DNA of 63,645 nucleotides from Coniocarpon cinnabarinum (Eukaryota): NCBI GenBank assembly GCA_051942205.1, contig JAVECO010000137.1, positions 1 to 63,645 of the forward strand, read 5' to 3'. Shown piece by piece: positions 48,957 to 61,429 of this stretch (position 1 is its first letter; each line of letters starts with the position of its first letter). The notes under the pieces were generated by a model. It saw only the letters and a program-made list of their open reading frames with translations, ran no database searches and was not told where the DNA came from. The position numbers and the translations under genes were made by a program.

Positions 48957-51900
48957 ATGAAAATCACATCTCATTTGCTCACAGCATGTATGGCTCTTGT
49001 TGTCGGACTTGCTTCTGCTCAGTCGTTACCATCTTCAGCTTCAACTCTCGTCGTCTCTGGTTATGCCGGGTCCAATTCTGTTGCCGGGACTGTGGTCACT
49101 TATAGCGCTACCCATGTTACCAACTCCTCCTTATATGGCCTCTCTACGCCCACAACCATCGTCGATGGCTCCGTCTCTGAGATCGTGTATCCCTCGGGCT
49201 ATCAGTGGGTTGGTCCATCTGGAGTGTCTAGCGCTGCTTTGCCCTCAATCCCGACTAGCGCTCCTTACCCTTATCTTGCGCCATCTGGTTCCTCTCCTGA
49301 AACGGCTTCTGCTTCTAGACCAGACAGTGTCTCCTCCATTCCGTCTTCAACATCCTCAACAAGCGCGGCGCCATCCGCGAGCTACACCCCGTTGGGTGAA
49401 GGAGAGGCCTGGTGCTCTGGAACAGATTCTGACTGCATTACATATGGCACCTGCAACGACGGTAGCCCTGTCAAGTGCGTTTCCAACGAATGCAGCTGTC
49501 CTGCAGCATCGAGTGATGCATCTTCATCCATCTACACAGCCAGGTCTACTAGCTTGAGTGCTGGTGGTGCGCCATCAACGAGTACTCTATCGAACAATTC
49601 GACGCAAGTTTCTGCGACATCGTCTACCATTCTTTTCTCGGCAGACTCTTCTGCAGGAATCTCTTCTTCCACAAACTCCTCGAAGACCGGCCTCTCCCCA
49701 ACTGATCCCTCCTCCACTGGTCCCTCCACCACTGGTCCCTCCTCCACTGGCCCCTCCTCCACTAGAGCGTCTTCGAGTGGGGCGTCTTCGGGTGGCCCCT
49801 CCTCGACTGCCGGTATAGGCCCTATCACCAGTGGGCCTTCAACCAGCGGACCTTCTTCCACTTCGTCATCTAGTTCGAACCCCACCGTTCCTTTTGGAGT
49901 CTTTGTTACAACAATTTCAAACAAGCCATACACTCTCACATATGTGTCCACCACCGCTCAGCAGGATACTACCTTCACAGAGTTCGATAAATCGACTACC
50001 ATAACAAGCAGTGTAAGTGCCGGAGGAGGCATTTGGGCTGTGCCGACACTACCGATCGGATTTCCGCCTGTTCCGCCACCGGGCCCTCCTCCAGGAGCAC
50101 CACCTACTATTGGTGGGGGTGGAGGGATAAATCCGTTATGCATTTTCGGTTGTGGAGGTAGTGATAGCAGCTTACCATGTGTTACTGAATGCGGCGGCGG
50201 CTCGAATGAAAACTCCAGCTCAGATGAACCATCATCTACAAACAAACCCACTTCTCAGCCATCAAGCCAGCAGTCCAGCGACGCCTCATCGAGCTCTTCA
50301 AGCTCCTCCAGCTCCTCCAGCGAGTCCTGCACCAGGAGTTCTGCCGTGCGTTCTTGTGAGGAGACCGTTCAACTGTCAACGTCTTTCATTCCTGGCAGCT
50401 CTTCAAGCACTGTTGTTACAAGCACGTCGACGTCGTGTACGACCATTACCACATGTAGCGGCACAGCAACAACAGTAACAACATCCACTTCAACCGGTTC
50501 GTCATCTTCGGAATACATATGTGCTCCCACAAATTGTGGCGGCGCATGTAACGCCAGACGTGCTGTTGAGACTGGATTCGTGACACCTATGGTCAGTCTG
50601 GTCGCCCGAGGAGCCGAATTGAACAATTCCAATGGTCTCTCTCGTCGAGCTCTGCCTGAGCCGGCGGGTGACGGCAGTGTCGACGCGTTCATCTCGGGAA
50701 TCTTCAACGGCGGACAGGTTCTCGGAGCTCCAAAAGACGGAGACCTCATCGCAGTAGGTGCAATGTCTCTTAGCATCTGACCATGCCTAATTGCTGGTGG
50801 GCACATCTGTGCTGACGATCTTGTTGACTATCTATTTGCTCTCGCAACGCAATACTAACGTGGAGTAGGGTGACGAACATCTCCTCCCAACATCACGTTT
50901 CGATGCGTTCGGAAATGAAGCCTTCTCTGCTGGAGTCGACGGCCTGACCGGCTGTACTTCTATCATAATCACCTCGCATGCGGGCGTTTGGACTAGCCAT
51001 TTCTGGCAGAATTGGTTTAAAAATGCCTACCTCGAAGCGGTGAGTCTGAGTCCATAGATTCCACCTATCAATCGGGTGTCCCACAGCGTAGTGCTTAGAA
51101 CAACGTATGCTCGAGGATTTTACAAAGACAAGCTGACTGTCACTGTTTGCGAGCTTAAAATACGCCAGACTAATTCCTCTCTTGTAGAATCCTAAGCCAG
51201 CAGTCAATCAACAGTTCGATGATTATGTCACGAAACCTCTCTCCGGACAATATCCTCAGTCGGGGCCCTTTGCGAACTGGAAGGCACTCACTGATGTTCC
51301 TCAAGGGGCATTCGCCTTGGACCAGCATCCACAAGTGTTCATTGCCACTCCAGGATTCGCTACAGATCCTAACACGGGTACGTGATGATCCTTATTTCAA
51401 ATTGCATGTGCACGTCCAAGGTATGACTTCAGAAACAGCGCAAACATTACTCTATTCTCTTGAAAGTTTATGACGTTATCAAAATTTTCATTTGAGTTAG
51501 TTTTTTGGAGTTAAGCCTAGGTATGCTCCTCCTCGAACGATCTGACTATAGAATGCTTTTGACAGGCGTGTTGGACAATCTCAGAATTAGTTCTTGCTGA
51601 CATTTGCCAACTCAGGTGTTAAATACACTCCTCAAAACTCTCCACCAAAGGACCCAGGGCCCGTTGATCAAATCGTTGCTGCGATCGATAAGATAATCCC
51701 CGGTATCCCAACAGGCTCTATTACAAAATTCAATTATTTTGCGAAGTCAAGCCCTCAAGCCCTGCAGAATGTTGCCAACGGAAAGGCTCTTACGAATTAT
51801 GATCCTCACGCTGATCTCGAGTCTTCGAAACCTTTTGGTTATCAAACGTGGGGAGAAGGGGATGTAGCGTTGCAAGATGCTTGGGGCTCATGCTCCGGCA

Positions 51901-52964
51901 ATCAGAAGCGCCAAGTTGACGGGTCCTGCCCAGCGTCGATCTCTGGCTCTGGATCAGCATCAGCTTCGGGGTCCTCAACTGCGACAAGCTCGACCTCGAC
52001 CTCTTCTTCGTCTGGAAGCAGCGGTTTTTCGACTAGCACCACTTCAAGACCCTCATCAATCACATCGGTGCCCTCAACTACTTCAAGCTCCAGCACCAGC
52101 CAAAGCATTATCTGTTCTCCGTTCGCGGACCCCGACGCTGGTCCCGGTCATTCTGGATGTCAGTGCGATGGCACTACAGGACTCATCCCCATGATGTCCA
52201 ATACTGCTTCCGCTTCCGACTTCAATATTTGCGGATATACTGCCCTTCCTGCAACCGTAACAAGCACTTCAGTACCACCATTCACCACGACCGACTCAAG
52301 TAATGGTGATGTTTACAGCTGCGCTACGTCAACCTACTTCAACTATGCCGTCAATACTCAAGCGTCATGTGCCGGAGCTTCCACTGTCGTCTCCACTGTA
52401 TCCTCCATCTACGCCTCATACCAGTCTTCTAAGTCAGTCGCTTCCGCCTCTGCCGCCAGTGTCGCGTCAGCATCATCAGCGTCTGCATCCTCTGCCTCTG
52501 CTGCTTCCGCCTCCGCGGCTGCCGCCACTCCTTCCGGCTCCTGTAAGCTATGGGACACGGGAGTATCCTACCTGATCCAAGTTTACGACATCAACACGTG
52601 GGGCGGTGACGGCTCCGGCCTCAAAAAGCAGGAGAAAGGCTGTGGGGCCCTCACGGACTGGGACTGGGTCACTGGCTGCGACGGGGACACTTCAATCGCA
52701 TGGTTCCAACTCCCATTCTTCATCAAGTCTGGTTGCGTAGAACGCGCAATCCACTCCGCTGGCGGCCCGAGCGGCCTGAAATGCGAAGGAGAAGGCGTAG
52801 TGTTCGATGAGCCGGACGGGCAGGCGGTCTGTAATGCAATGAGGGGTTTGAACGTGCAGAAGTTGGCCGTTGCCAATAAGCAGCTGGCGAGCAGCTCGGT
52901 TAGCAGCATCACTACGACTCATGCTTTGGCGGTGCCTGGAAACACCGAGGCTGTCAAAAAGTAG
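48957..52964 (+). CDS. Large secreted Ser/Thr-rich multidomain protein with a putative CNF1/BLF1-like deamidase domain and Cys-rich modules; 4 exons
   Basis: Signal peptide MKITSHLLTACMALVVGLASA. GT-AG introns 50754-50868, 51040-51187 and 51378-51615 join the two long ORFs in frame. Exon 2 encodes GLTGCTSIIITSHAGVWTSHFW. C-terminal module EKGCGALTDW..FQLPFFIKSGCVERAIHSAGGP. Confidence 0.8.
49707..49860 (+). repeat. 15-bp coding tandem repeat (PSSTG-like units)
   Basis: Repeated ccctcctccactggt-like units encoding PSSTG/PSTTG. Confidence 0.7.
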
Positions 52965-53530
52965 ACGGAGAACTGAACACTCATTTGGCATGTGGATTGG
53001 CTGTTCGAGGGTCGGGTCCAGGAAAATGCCGGTGTTCTTTTCTGTTTGGGACAGACTTCAAACTTGCGCGTTCGAGATTGACGATTTCACTCGATAACGA
53101 TGTTTTCTTTCGGTTCATATCTTCGAGAGCATGACTATATTACCTCAAATTCCGGACAAAGCAGCACCAGTGGATTGCTTTGCTTCGAATGTTTTGACTG
53201 GCACACAAGACGGTTAGGTCGGTGACGCTCAAAGGTGCTGTGAAACGGATTGTAATGCTTAATGCCATACACTGACGGCTACGATGTTGTTATAGATTAT
53301 GGAAAGATGCTATAACTAAATTTAATCTGCCCAATAAAGTTCAGTCTAAATGGCTGATCCGAAGAACGCCAAGTTGAATGAATAGAGGCTAAGACATTGA
53401 GGTACCTACATTACCTTCCTCTTCGGGAAACTGCATTTCCTAGCTCCCGCCCTTCTACTCCTTCTGCCTGTTGGAACAAGCACGTTGCTCTGCAGCAATA
53501 GGAGCCCAACGCTTCTGCGATATCGACGAA

Positions 53531-54270
53531 ATGGGCCACAAGCTGTCGAGCATGTCTCACAAGTCAAAAACATGGCCACAACTCCAGCGCCCGCTGAAAT
53601 TTAGCCTCTTTGGCCTGGATACGACAGGGAAAAATACTCTCCTCAAACGCCTTTCTCCAAACCACGTCCCATCTGACCAGGCTGAATTGTCTCCTCACAT
53701 CAAAACTGTGCTACCTCGTCCTGGCTTCAGTACGGACGTCTTGACAAATGACAAACTGACCGTGACGAGCTTCTGGGTGGGCGGGCCTACTGATCAGCCT
53801 TTGAAGCCATATCAACAGCAGGTAGTACGCGAGAACAAGGATGGAGCAATTCTCATCGTGGATATCAAAGATCGTGAAGGACTGAGTGAAATCGTCGAAA
53901 AGTTGGGATGGATTCTTGGGGAGCTGGAGGAGTTGCGGAAGATGCCGTTGCTGGTACTAGTGAATGACTTTCCAGTGACGACGCAAATTCCTATGCATGT
54001 AGATGAGGTCGAGAAGGCTGTTCGGGCAGGCATGGCGAACTATCAGAAGGGCGGTGAGCGGCCACTTGTATGTTTCGAGTTTCACAACCTTTTGTCATTT
54101 GCAGGCTTGCTGACAGTGCGCAGACCGTCAAAAAAGTGAACGTCAAGACAGGCGAGGGCGTTAAAGAAGCGATGGATTGGCTGATTGACGCTGCGGGCTC
54201 CCAAAGTGACCCAGCTGTGGCGAGCCCGGACAGCGCAGAACTGGAGAAGAACACAAAACGTGTAGGGTGA
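53531..54270 (+). CDS. Highly degenerate ARF/ARL-family small GTPase; intron 54068-54123
   Basis: MG start, FGLDTTGKNTLL (P-loop), LIVDIKDREGL.E..L..IL...EL.KMPLLVLVN and KTGEGVKEAMDWL follow the ARF layout. Switch I/II and G4 motifs are altered. Confidence 0.75.
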
Positions 54271-55253
54271 GGCCAATGTGGTGAGAAGCCCCATTGTGGG
54301 ATGCTCTTTGAACCATCGAGAACCGTCTGCATCTCGACCCGTATGGCTCTCGTCTCGTCTGGACAGTCTGTCGCGAAGCTGAAAGATCAGGACAACTGAT
54401 ATCTTGCAGCGCAGACCGCTGTCCGGCTGACAGGGCATGGGCTCATCATTCTTGCGCAGCACCCAACATCGTAAGGGGTCAACTCGACACCATTGGACCG
54501 GAATATCACGGCACACGACTCGCTGAATGAGAGGGACTGAACGACTTGAAGTCAACGAACAACATCATCATGGAATCAAAGACGCAGACGGCGGGGAGAG
54601 GACGAGACGTCGACGGCGGTAGACCCGTGATTTTAAAGTTAGACTACCTAACCTGGCCGTCCGCGATCACAATTTTAGGGCGCGCGTACTAACGTTGTTG
54701 CCTTATTTTGGGGGCCACAGCTCGGTCGTTTGGGCTGCTCAGACATCACGTGACGGCCGGGAACTTTGTCTTTCTCACATCCCTGTCTCGAAATTTACTC
54801 CACAATGTTTCACGTACCTCTGTACCGTCCCCTCTCATTATCCTCACCTCCGACCTTACACGTCTGGCCGCCTTCCGACACATCATGCTTGTCGCGGCCC
54901 ACGCGGCTCTCGAAGCCATCTCCACGTCCCTGAGTCTCCGTTAACCTTGAATGAGAAGCTGTTAACCTCTGCTCCACAGCAACCCGGCGCTACCGTAATG
55001 ACACCTCCTCTGTGCATGACGCTAGGGTCTAGAAATACGCTTTCCTTTCCATGTCGCCCATGCTACCTTTCTTGCCTTCTTGACGTCCAAAGTTACACTC
55101 TCCACGAGCAAGGCTCTCGTGATCAGTGTGGAGTGCTGTTGCATGTCACTCGTTCTTTAACATAAGAAAAGTCGCTCCTTAACATCACTCACCCCAGTCG
55201 CTCCCTTTTGCCAAACATCTTCGCCAGACGAAGTCACAGACAAGACATTCGAC

Positions 55254-56660
55254 ATGTCGCCCAAGTCATTCATTCTCTCTACTCTTCTTTCCCTGTCTCT
55301 CTTGTTCAGCACAGTGACCAATGCCCAACTCACGGGTCGCGTCGGTCCCCTGACGTCTGCCTCGTCGAAAGCGGCCAAGAAGACTTGCAGCATCGCTAAC
55401 TACGGGGCCGTCGCTGATGGCAAGACCGACATTTCCGGCGCCCTCAACAGCGCCTTCAACGATTGCAAGAATGGCGGTGTGGTTGTCGTTCCCACTGGCA
55501 ACTATGCTCTCAGCAAATGGGTCACCATGAGCGGCGGGTCAGCGTGGGCCCTGCAACTTGACGGTACGATCACGCGCGCCAGCGACGACGGCGGTAACAT
55601 GATCTTCGTCGAGCACACGACCGACTTTGAATTGTTCTCATCGCACGGTACCGGCGCCATGCAAGGTCTCGGCTATAAACTACATGCGCAAGGAAACCGC
55701 AATGGAGCTAGACTCCTCCGGTTCTACCAAGTGACGAGCTTCAGTGTTCATGATATCAAACTTGTCGATGCCCCTGCCTTCCATTTCAGCATGGATACGT
55801 GCACGAACGGCGAGGTCTACAACATGGCCATTCGTGGCGGCAATGAGGGCGGTCTCGACGGTATTGATGTCTGGAGCAACAACATGCACATCCACGATAT
55901 AATGGTTACGAACAAAGACGAATGTGTCACCGTCAAGGTAAATTCGTTCACACTCCGCGCTTCTCTCACCCGACTCTTGACTAACACTCATGGATAGAGT
56001 CCCTCCAAGGGCATTCTCATCGAAAACATCTACTGCAACTGGTCCGGCGGCTGCGCCCTTGGTTCCCTTGGGGCCGACACCGCCATCTCCAACATCCGCT
56101 ACAGCAACGTCTACACCTGGTCCTCCAACCAAATGATGATGATCAAGTCCAACGGCGGCTCCGGCAGCGTCACCAACGCCACCTTCGAAAATTTCATCGG
56201 CCACGGTAACGCCTACTCCCTCGACATCGACCAATACTGGTCCTCCATGGACGCCGTCGCCGGCAACGGCGTGAAGCTCACGGACATCGACTTCCGCAAC
56301 TGGAAGGGCGGCGAGGCCAATGGCGCGCAGCGTGGTCCTATCAAGGTCAACTGCGCGGACGGCGCGCCGTGCACGGGCGTGAGTATTGAAGATTTCGCCA
56401 TGTGGACTGAATCTGGTAGCAAACAATTGTATACCTGTCGCTCTGGGTATGGATCTGGCTTCTGTCTCAAAGGCGGCAGCGGTGGGAGTTACGCAGCCGT
56501 TACGTCGACCGTTTCGGCGGCGCCGACGGGCTACCAGGCTGCGAAGATGCCGGACGATCTCGTGACGCACACGTGGGGCACCGCGAGCAGTATTCCTGTT
56601 CCTACGATGCCGGTTAGCTTTTACCCCAACACACCACCAATCAGTGCTCTCGCACGTTGA
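55254..56660 (+). CDS. rhgA: Secreted GH28 rhamnogalacturonase A; intron 55938-55997
   Basis: Signal peptide, then [71 protein letters not shown]. Confidence 0.93.
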
Positions 56661-57470
56661 GCGTGCAGACGGTGCAGCATCGAGGCAGGGGCAGGCGAAG
56701 GAAAGAGAACGTTTGATTCGAGCCCCGATTCTGCAATGAGAGAGGGAAATTGTATTGTAAGTTTAAATACTTGAATCAGGCAGCGCACGGACAAGCGCCG
56801 AGCGAACGACTTGCCATACCACTTGCAGTATCATACACAGATGGTGATTCTGTGGGGGATTCTTATCACCTGTCTTCTGAATCTTGTCGAGTCCACGAGG
56901 ATTCATGAATATTAGCGTTTTGTTTCACTTGCAGCACTCGTAGCTGAGGCCTCAAGGCAGAAAACCTCAAATCTTCAGATCATAGCTTTCCATTGAATGT
57001 CTTGACTTCTTCGATGGTTCCTACTTTTGGCGTGGAAGAAAAGGACTCCAAGAAGAAGTACTTACTTCTGCTCGTCATGTTACACATGAGCTCACTTGTA
57101 AGATGCGTAGTACGGTAATCCAGGAGACGGGCAGGCAGGCCAGTAGGCAAGCCTACAGGATTCTTACATCTTTCACGAGAGACTGGCTTTCGCCATGGAC
57201 GGAGTATGAACGTGTGGAGAGACCATGCGTAGATCCGGAGGGAGCACACGCATGGAGTTTGCTGTAGACGGGGAAGCGAGTATCTGGCAGCTCGACCGCC
57301 AGCGCTCCTGTCGAGGAGACCACTGGACTTTATTGATCTACGTGATGCTCTGTAGGCAAAATCCTCTATAGCATATAGCATTTCTATCCATGACAGCGAT
57401 CCTAACTCTGTACAACTAACCGTACGTGTCCTTCAACATGTTTCCTCATGTTCTTGCACACCCATCACAT

Positions 57471-59751
57471 CTAGGCAAACTCAATAGCAGGAAAATACCT
57501 CGTCCCGCACCATCCCTCGATCCTCACACGCGACAGCCTCACATTCTCATGAGACTCGCCCTCGCGTCTGCCACGCTCACTGCGCCGTTTGCTTTTCCAC
57601 AATTTCAACAGCACATACCGCGCACTGATCGGGGCTTGGAAGTCGATCGTGACGCGTCCTCCGTACTTTTGAGGCTTATAACTCACGATCACGCCGTCGC
57701 TTGCGTCTTGCCATGTTGCACTATCTTGAGCGTCTGCGTCTTTCCGCTCGGTAGCATCGGGTGGATGTACGGATTGCTGGTGAGCGCGAGAGTTAGCCGA
57801 GTAGCGCAGACGCGCGCGACGACTCGTGCTGAAGAAAGCAGCGGGTTCCATGAATTTCTGGTCAACGGATAACTCATTTGGATCAACGGAAAAGGGATGG
57901 CGACCCGACTGCAAAGGCGGGGGATCCGATTGCAAGGTCCGTGGTGGATCCAGCCATCTAGGGTCCTCCGGCCGAGCAGGGGGTTCCACGGGCTCCAACG
58001 AAGGGGGCTGAAAATTAAAGTCGTCTTGTGTTTCTGCGTCTGATCTGGCGTGGAGAGGTGGCGAGTACCCCGGCGGCGGCGGAGGCACGTCAGACCTCGC
58101 CGCCGCTGAATTTGAACCGCGTTGCAGCCGCTGGCGTTGCACTCGGTCGCGTGTCGCTGCCCTTCGTCGCCGGCGATCCGCAGACACAGCAGCGCCCCGA
58201 CGCAGGACTTCGTCAAAGTCGAATTGAGCGGCTACGTCATCTGGGTCATCGTGAAGGTTATCAGCGAATGGGTCGTCATCATCCGCCCTTGCAGCATTGG
58301 CTTCACGCCAAAGGCCTTCTCGGAGACGTGAGCGCGTGTATTCTTGTCGTTCGGCGGCTCCCAGGCCGGGGGGCGCACCTTCTTCAGGCGAGAAGTTAGA
58401 CTCGGACTCGCTTTCAGAATGAAAGGGCGACGTGGCTTGAGTGCCCGCAGCGTTATCGCCACGGCGCGAGTCGACGCTGCCGTCGGAATCGGATGCAATG
58501 GATTCGGCGTCACAGTCTGCAGGTGTCAGATGATTTTGTGGGTTTTCGTCGAGGTCCTGCAGAGGCGGTAAATCCAAGGGTCGATCCCGAGAAGAACCTG
58601 TGGAGCGGATGTTGGAGAGATAGTTCCGGAGACCGCCAGCGCTGTTTCGGAACTGAGAAGTGAAGCGGCTAACAGGGAACTGATGGATGGGAAGCTTGGC
58701 TGTTAAATCAAACGTCGCGTCCATTTCTTGGCTCGTGAAGAGCAGACCTTGCAGGACGTAGTCATCTTCTAATCGATCCGGCGTCTTGATCACTGCTCGG
58801 TTCATGGTAAAGAGACGTTGCCCTGCATGTTGCAAGACAATGTTTGTGCGTCGTTGTCTTGACGTATAAGCAATGGAGTCGTCTTTGAGGATATTTTTGA
58901 TGCGCTCCATGCAAATGATTCCCCATCCATCGTCGTTCCCATGTCCCATGTTCAAACTGTCCGTTTCGGTGTTGAGGCGGACCTCCATATCCAAAGCACT
59001 TGGTTTTATTTGTCCATCGATGCCATAATCAACAGGAGACAAAGAAGGCGACTTGCTACGTGAAGGTCCCTCGGTCCTTCTTCGTTTTCGCCGATGCTGA
59101 GACTCTGAGTTGTGGATCATGTCGTCGCCATCGCTCGCACGTGAATGGTTTTGCTCATTGCCGGTGTGAAGGGGTTCGTCGAGCAGATTACGCAGGTCGT
59201 AATTGCTTCTCGCCAGTCGACGGCTGGCTTCATGAAGATTGAAAATATAATCTGAGTCAATGCCATCGATTCTTTGTACTCTGCGAGTCCGCTGGTCATT
59301 TAGCCTTTGAAAACGTTCTGACGGACGTGCCCTTCGGCGGGCCGGCGGTGCCATGGAAGTTGGTCCAGGTGAGGCGGGCGGCAAGGCCAATTCAGACGGC
59401 GGTGCCCCTTCATTCTCATGGATGGCTCGAAGCACACTTCTCATGCGGTCCTGAGACTCTGAGTCGCCAGGCGAACGAGGCATAGGTGGTGGGGCTCTGT
59501 TGGAGGTGCGGGGCAAACCAAGATCAAACGCGAGTCGATTTCGTTCGTCAGTCAATCTCCGACGAAGGCTTTGTAGTTGGTGCGGTATAGCATCAAAGTC
59601 GTAAGCGGAGGCGTTGCTTTCTTGGGGCTCGGATGCTGGTGGAAAGTCATAGTGGCCGGGCTATGAGTGCATACGCCGCAGGTTAGCAAGATCCAGGCTG
59701 ACACGACGCTGAAGTGCGTACCGTATTTGACAAGGGGCGCCTATCAGACAT
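57471..59751 (-). CDS. Conserved-looking fungal hypothetical protein; 2 exons
   Basis: 694-aa ORF extends upstream to an exon MSDRRPLSNT (ATG 59751). Globular segments (DYGIDGQIKPSALDME..NILKDDS; FQAPISARYVLLKLW..GWCGTRYFP) flank a long disordered linker. Confidence 0.7.
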
Positions 59752-60191
59752 TGAAAACCTCGCTGAACATGTTAGTTGGCATTGTCAAGCAACTTGACGG
59801 ACAAAGTCCTGGTCAGGTGTAGGGTTGACTGTGCTTTCCACGTCACGAGGCCTATTTATATTATCAAGACACGAGCTTACCTAACAGTCGGTAGCAAAGC
59901 AAGTGTCACGAATATTACGAGGGAGACGTCTCTCTGTCCAGTCAAACTTTCCACAAATAGATCACTAGTATCCTTCTCAAAGTTGGTCGAGAGTTGCAAA
60001 CGTCAAGTTTATGCAAAGCACCCTTGCTATTGGTGCTTGCTTGATGAGCTGATCACCTAAGCACGTGCAAGGGGCGTGAAGGTGAGGTAGATGGCAAAAG
60101 CACAATTTGTGAAATAAAATCTTGGACGATCCAGAATCCACTCTACGCTGCCTCTCACGCTGATTCAATACCAAAACAGCAGAGCTGCAGT

Positions 60192-61429
60192 ATGGCTGCT
60201 TTGGAGGCGTCTCCCGCCGTGAATGGCGCCTCCACGAGCATCAGCAAAGGCAAGGAAGCGCGCCTCCCTATTCGAGACTAAGACTGACAATTATCTAGAT
60301 GAGATCGCTCTGTACGACCGTCAGATACGCCTTTGGGGCATGGAGGCTCAAAATGCCATCCGCAACGCCAGAATCCTGCTAATCACTGTGAAAGCCTTGG
60401 GAAATGAAATTGCCAAAAACCTTGTGCTTGCTGGGATCGACTCTTTGACCATCAGTGACCTATCACCGGTTGAGGCCGAGGACCTAGGTGCGCAGTTCTT
60501 TCTCACAGAAGAAGACATAGGCAAGAACGTGAGCAAGACCACCTCTTCTAATTTCGTCGTCATTACTACTCGATGCTTTGTCCTGACTTATGAAGCGTGC
60601 CGAGGCATGTCTCCCTCAGATCCAGAAACTTAACCCACGAGTCAAATGCTCTATACTACCCGGTGATCCCTTTACTTCCCAGGAGACATCTTACGTTCAA
60701 GGATTTGACATAGTGATCGCTACCGACCTACCCGTTGTAAAACTCAACATCGTCAACGACGCCACTCGAATCAATCAAACGCGCTTTTATTGTGCCGGAT
60801 CGCATGGAGTTTATGGCTACATGTTTGCTGATCTCATCCAGCATACTTTCAGCTATGAGCGAGATCCATCTAACTCTCTGCTAAAGCCTGGCGACGCCGA
60901 GACACCCACTCGTGTCATCGTCGACGTGAAGCGAGTGGACACGGCCGAAAAAAGGAAAGAGCTCGTTACAAAGCGAGAGATTTATCAACCTCTCAGGTTA
61001 ATCAACTTAGCACCACTTCCGGCAGACATACTCTCCAAGCCTCGACGATTGCGCGCGATATCGCCGTTGTTGCCCTGTCTGCGCGCTTTGTGGGAGTTTG
61101 AGAGCTTGCACGAGGGCGCTCGTAAGGATGCTCGCCCAAGCATCGACAGCTCTGGAGATCTTGGAACCCTGTCCATCCTCGTTAACGACAAGGTGAAGGA
61201 GCTACAGCTTCCGGGAGGGCACGTCAACTCCGATTTCATGCGCACCTTTGTACAAAATGCATACGCAGAGCTCGCCCCAACCAGTGCTTTCATTGGTGCA
61301 GCGCTCTCGCAAGATGCCATCAACGTTCTCGGTGGCAAGCAGCAACCCTGTCAAAATCTGATGCTCTTCAATGGCGAGGGTGGCAAAGCTGAAGTCCTCG
61401 CGCTTGTTCCAGCTGTTATGAAGACGTGA
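60192..61429 (+). CDS. AOS1: SUMO-activating enzyme E1 subunit Aos1/Rad31 (SAE1); 3 exons
   Basis: ISKDEIALYDRQIRLWG, NEIAKNLVLAGI, DLGAQFF, RAEACLPQIQKLNPRV, G.HGVYGYMFADL, QDAINVLG. Confidence 0.93.

Noticed and set aside
55680..56570. 296-aa minus-strand ORF
   Set aside because: Antisense shadow of the GC3-rich rhamnogalacturonase gene.
60223..60298. ORF-track start MAPPRASAKARKR for AOS1
   Set aside because: Reads through a segment with a branch point and acceptor; the GC-AG spliced model fits the family better, though it is unproven.
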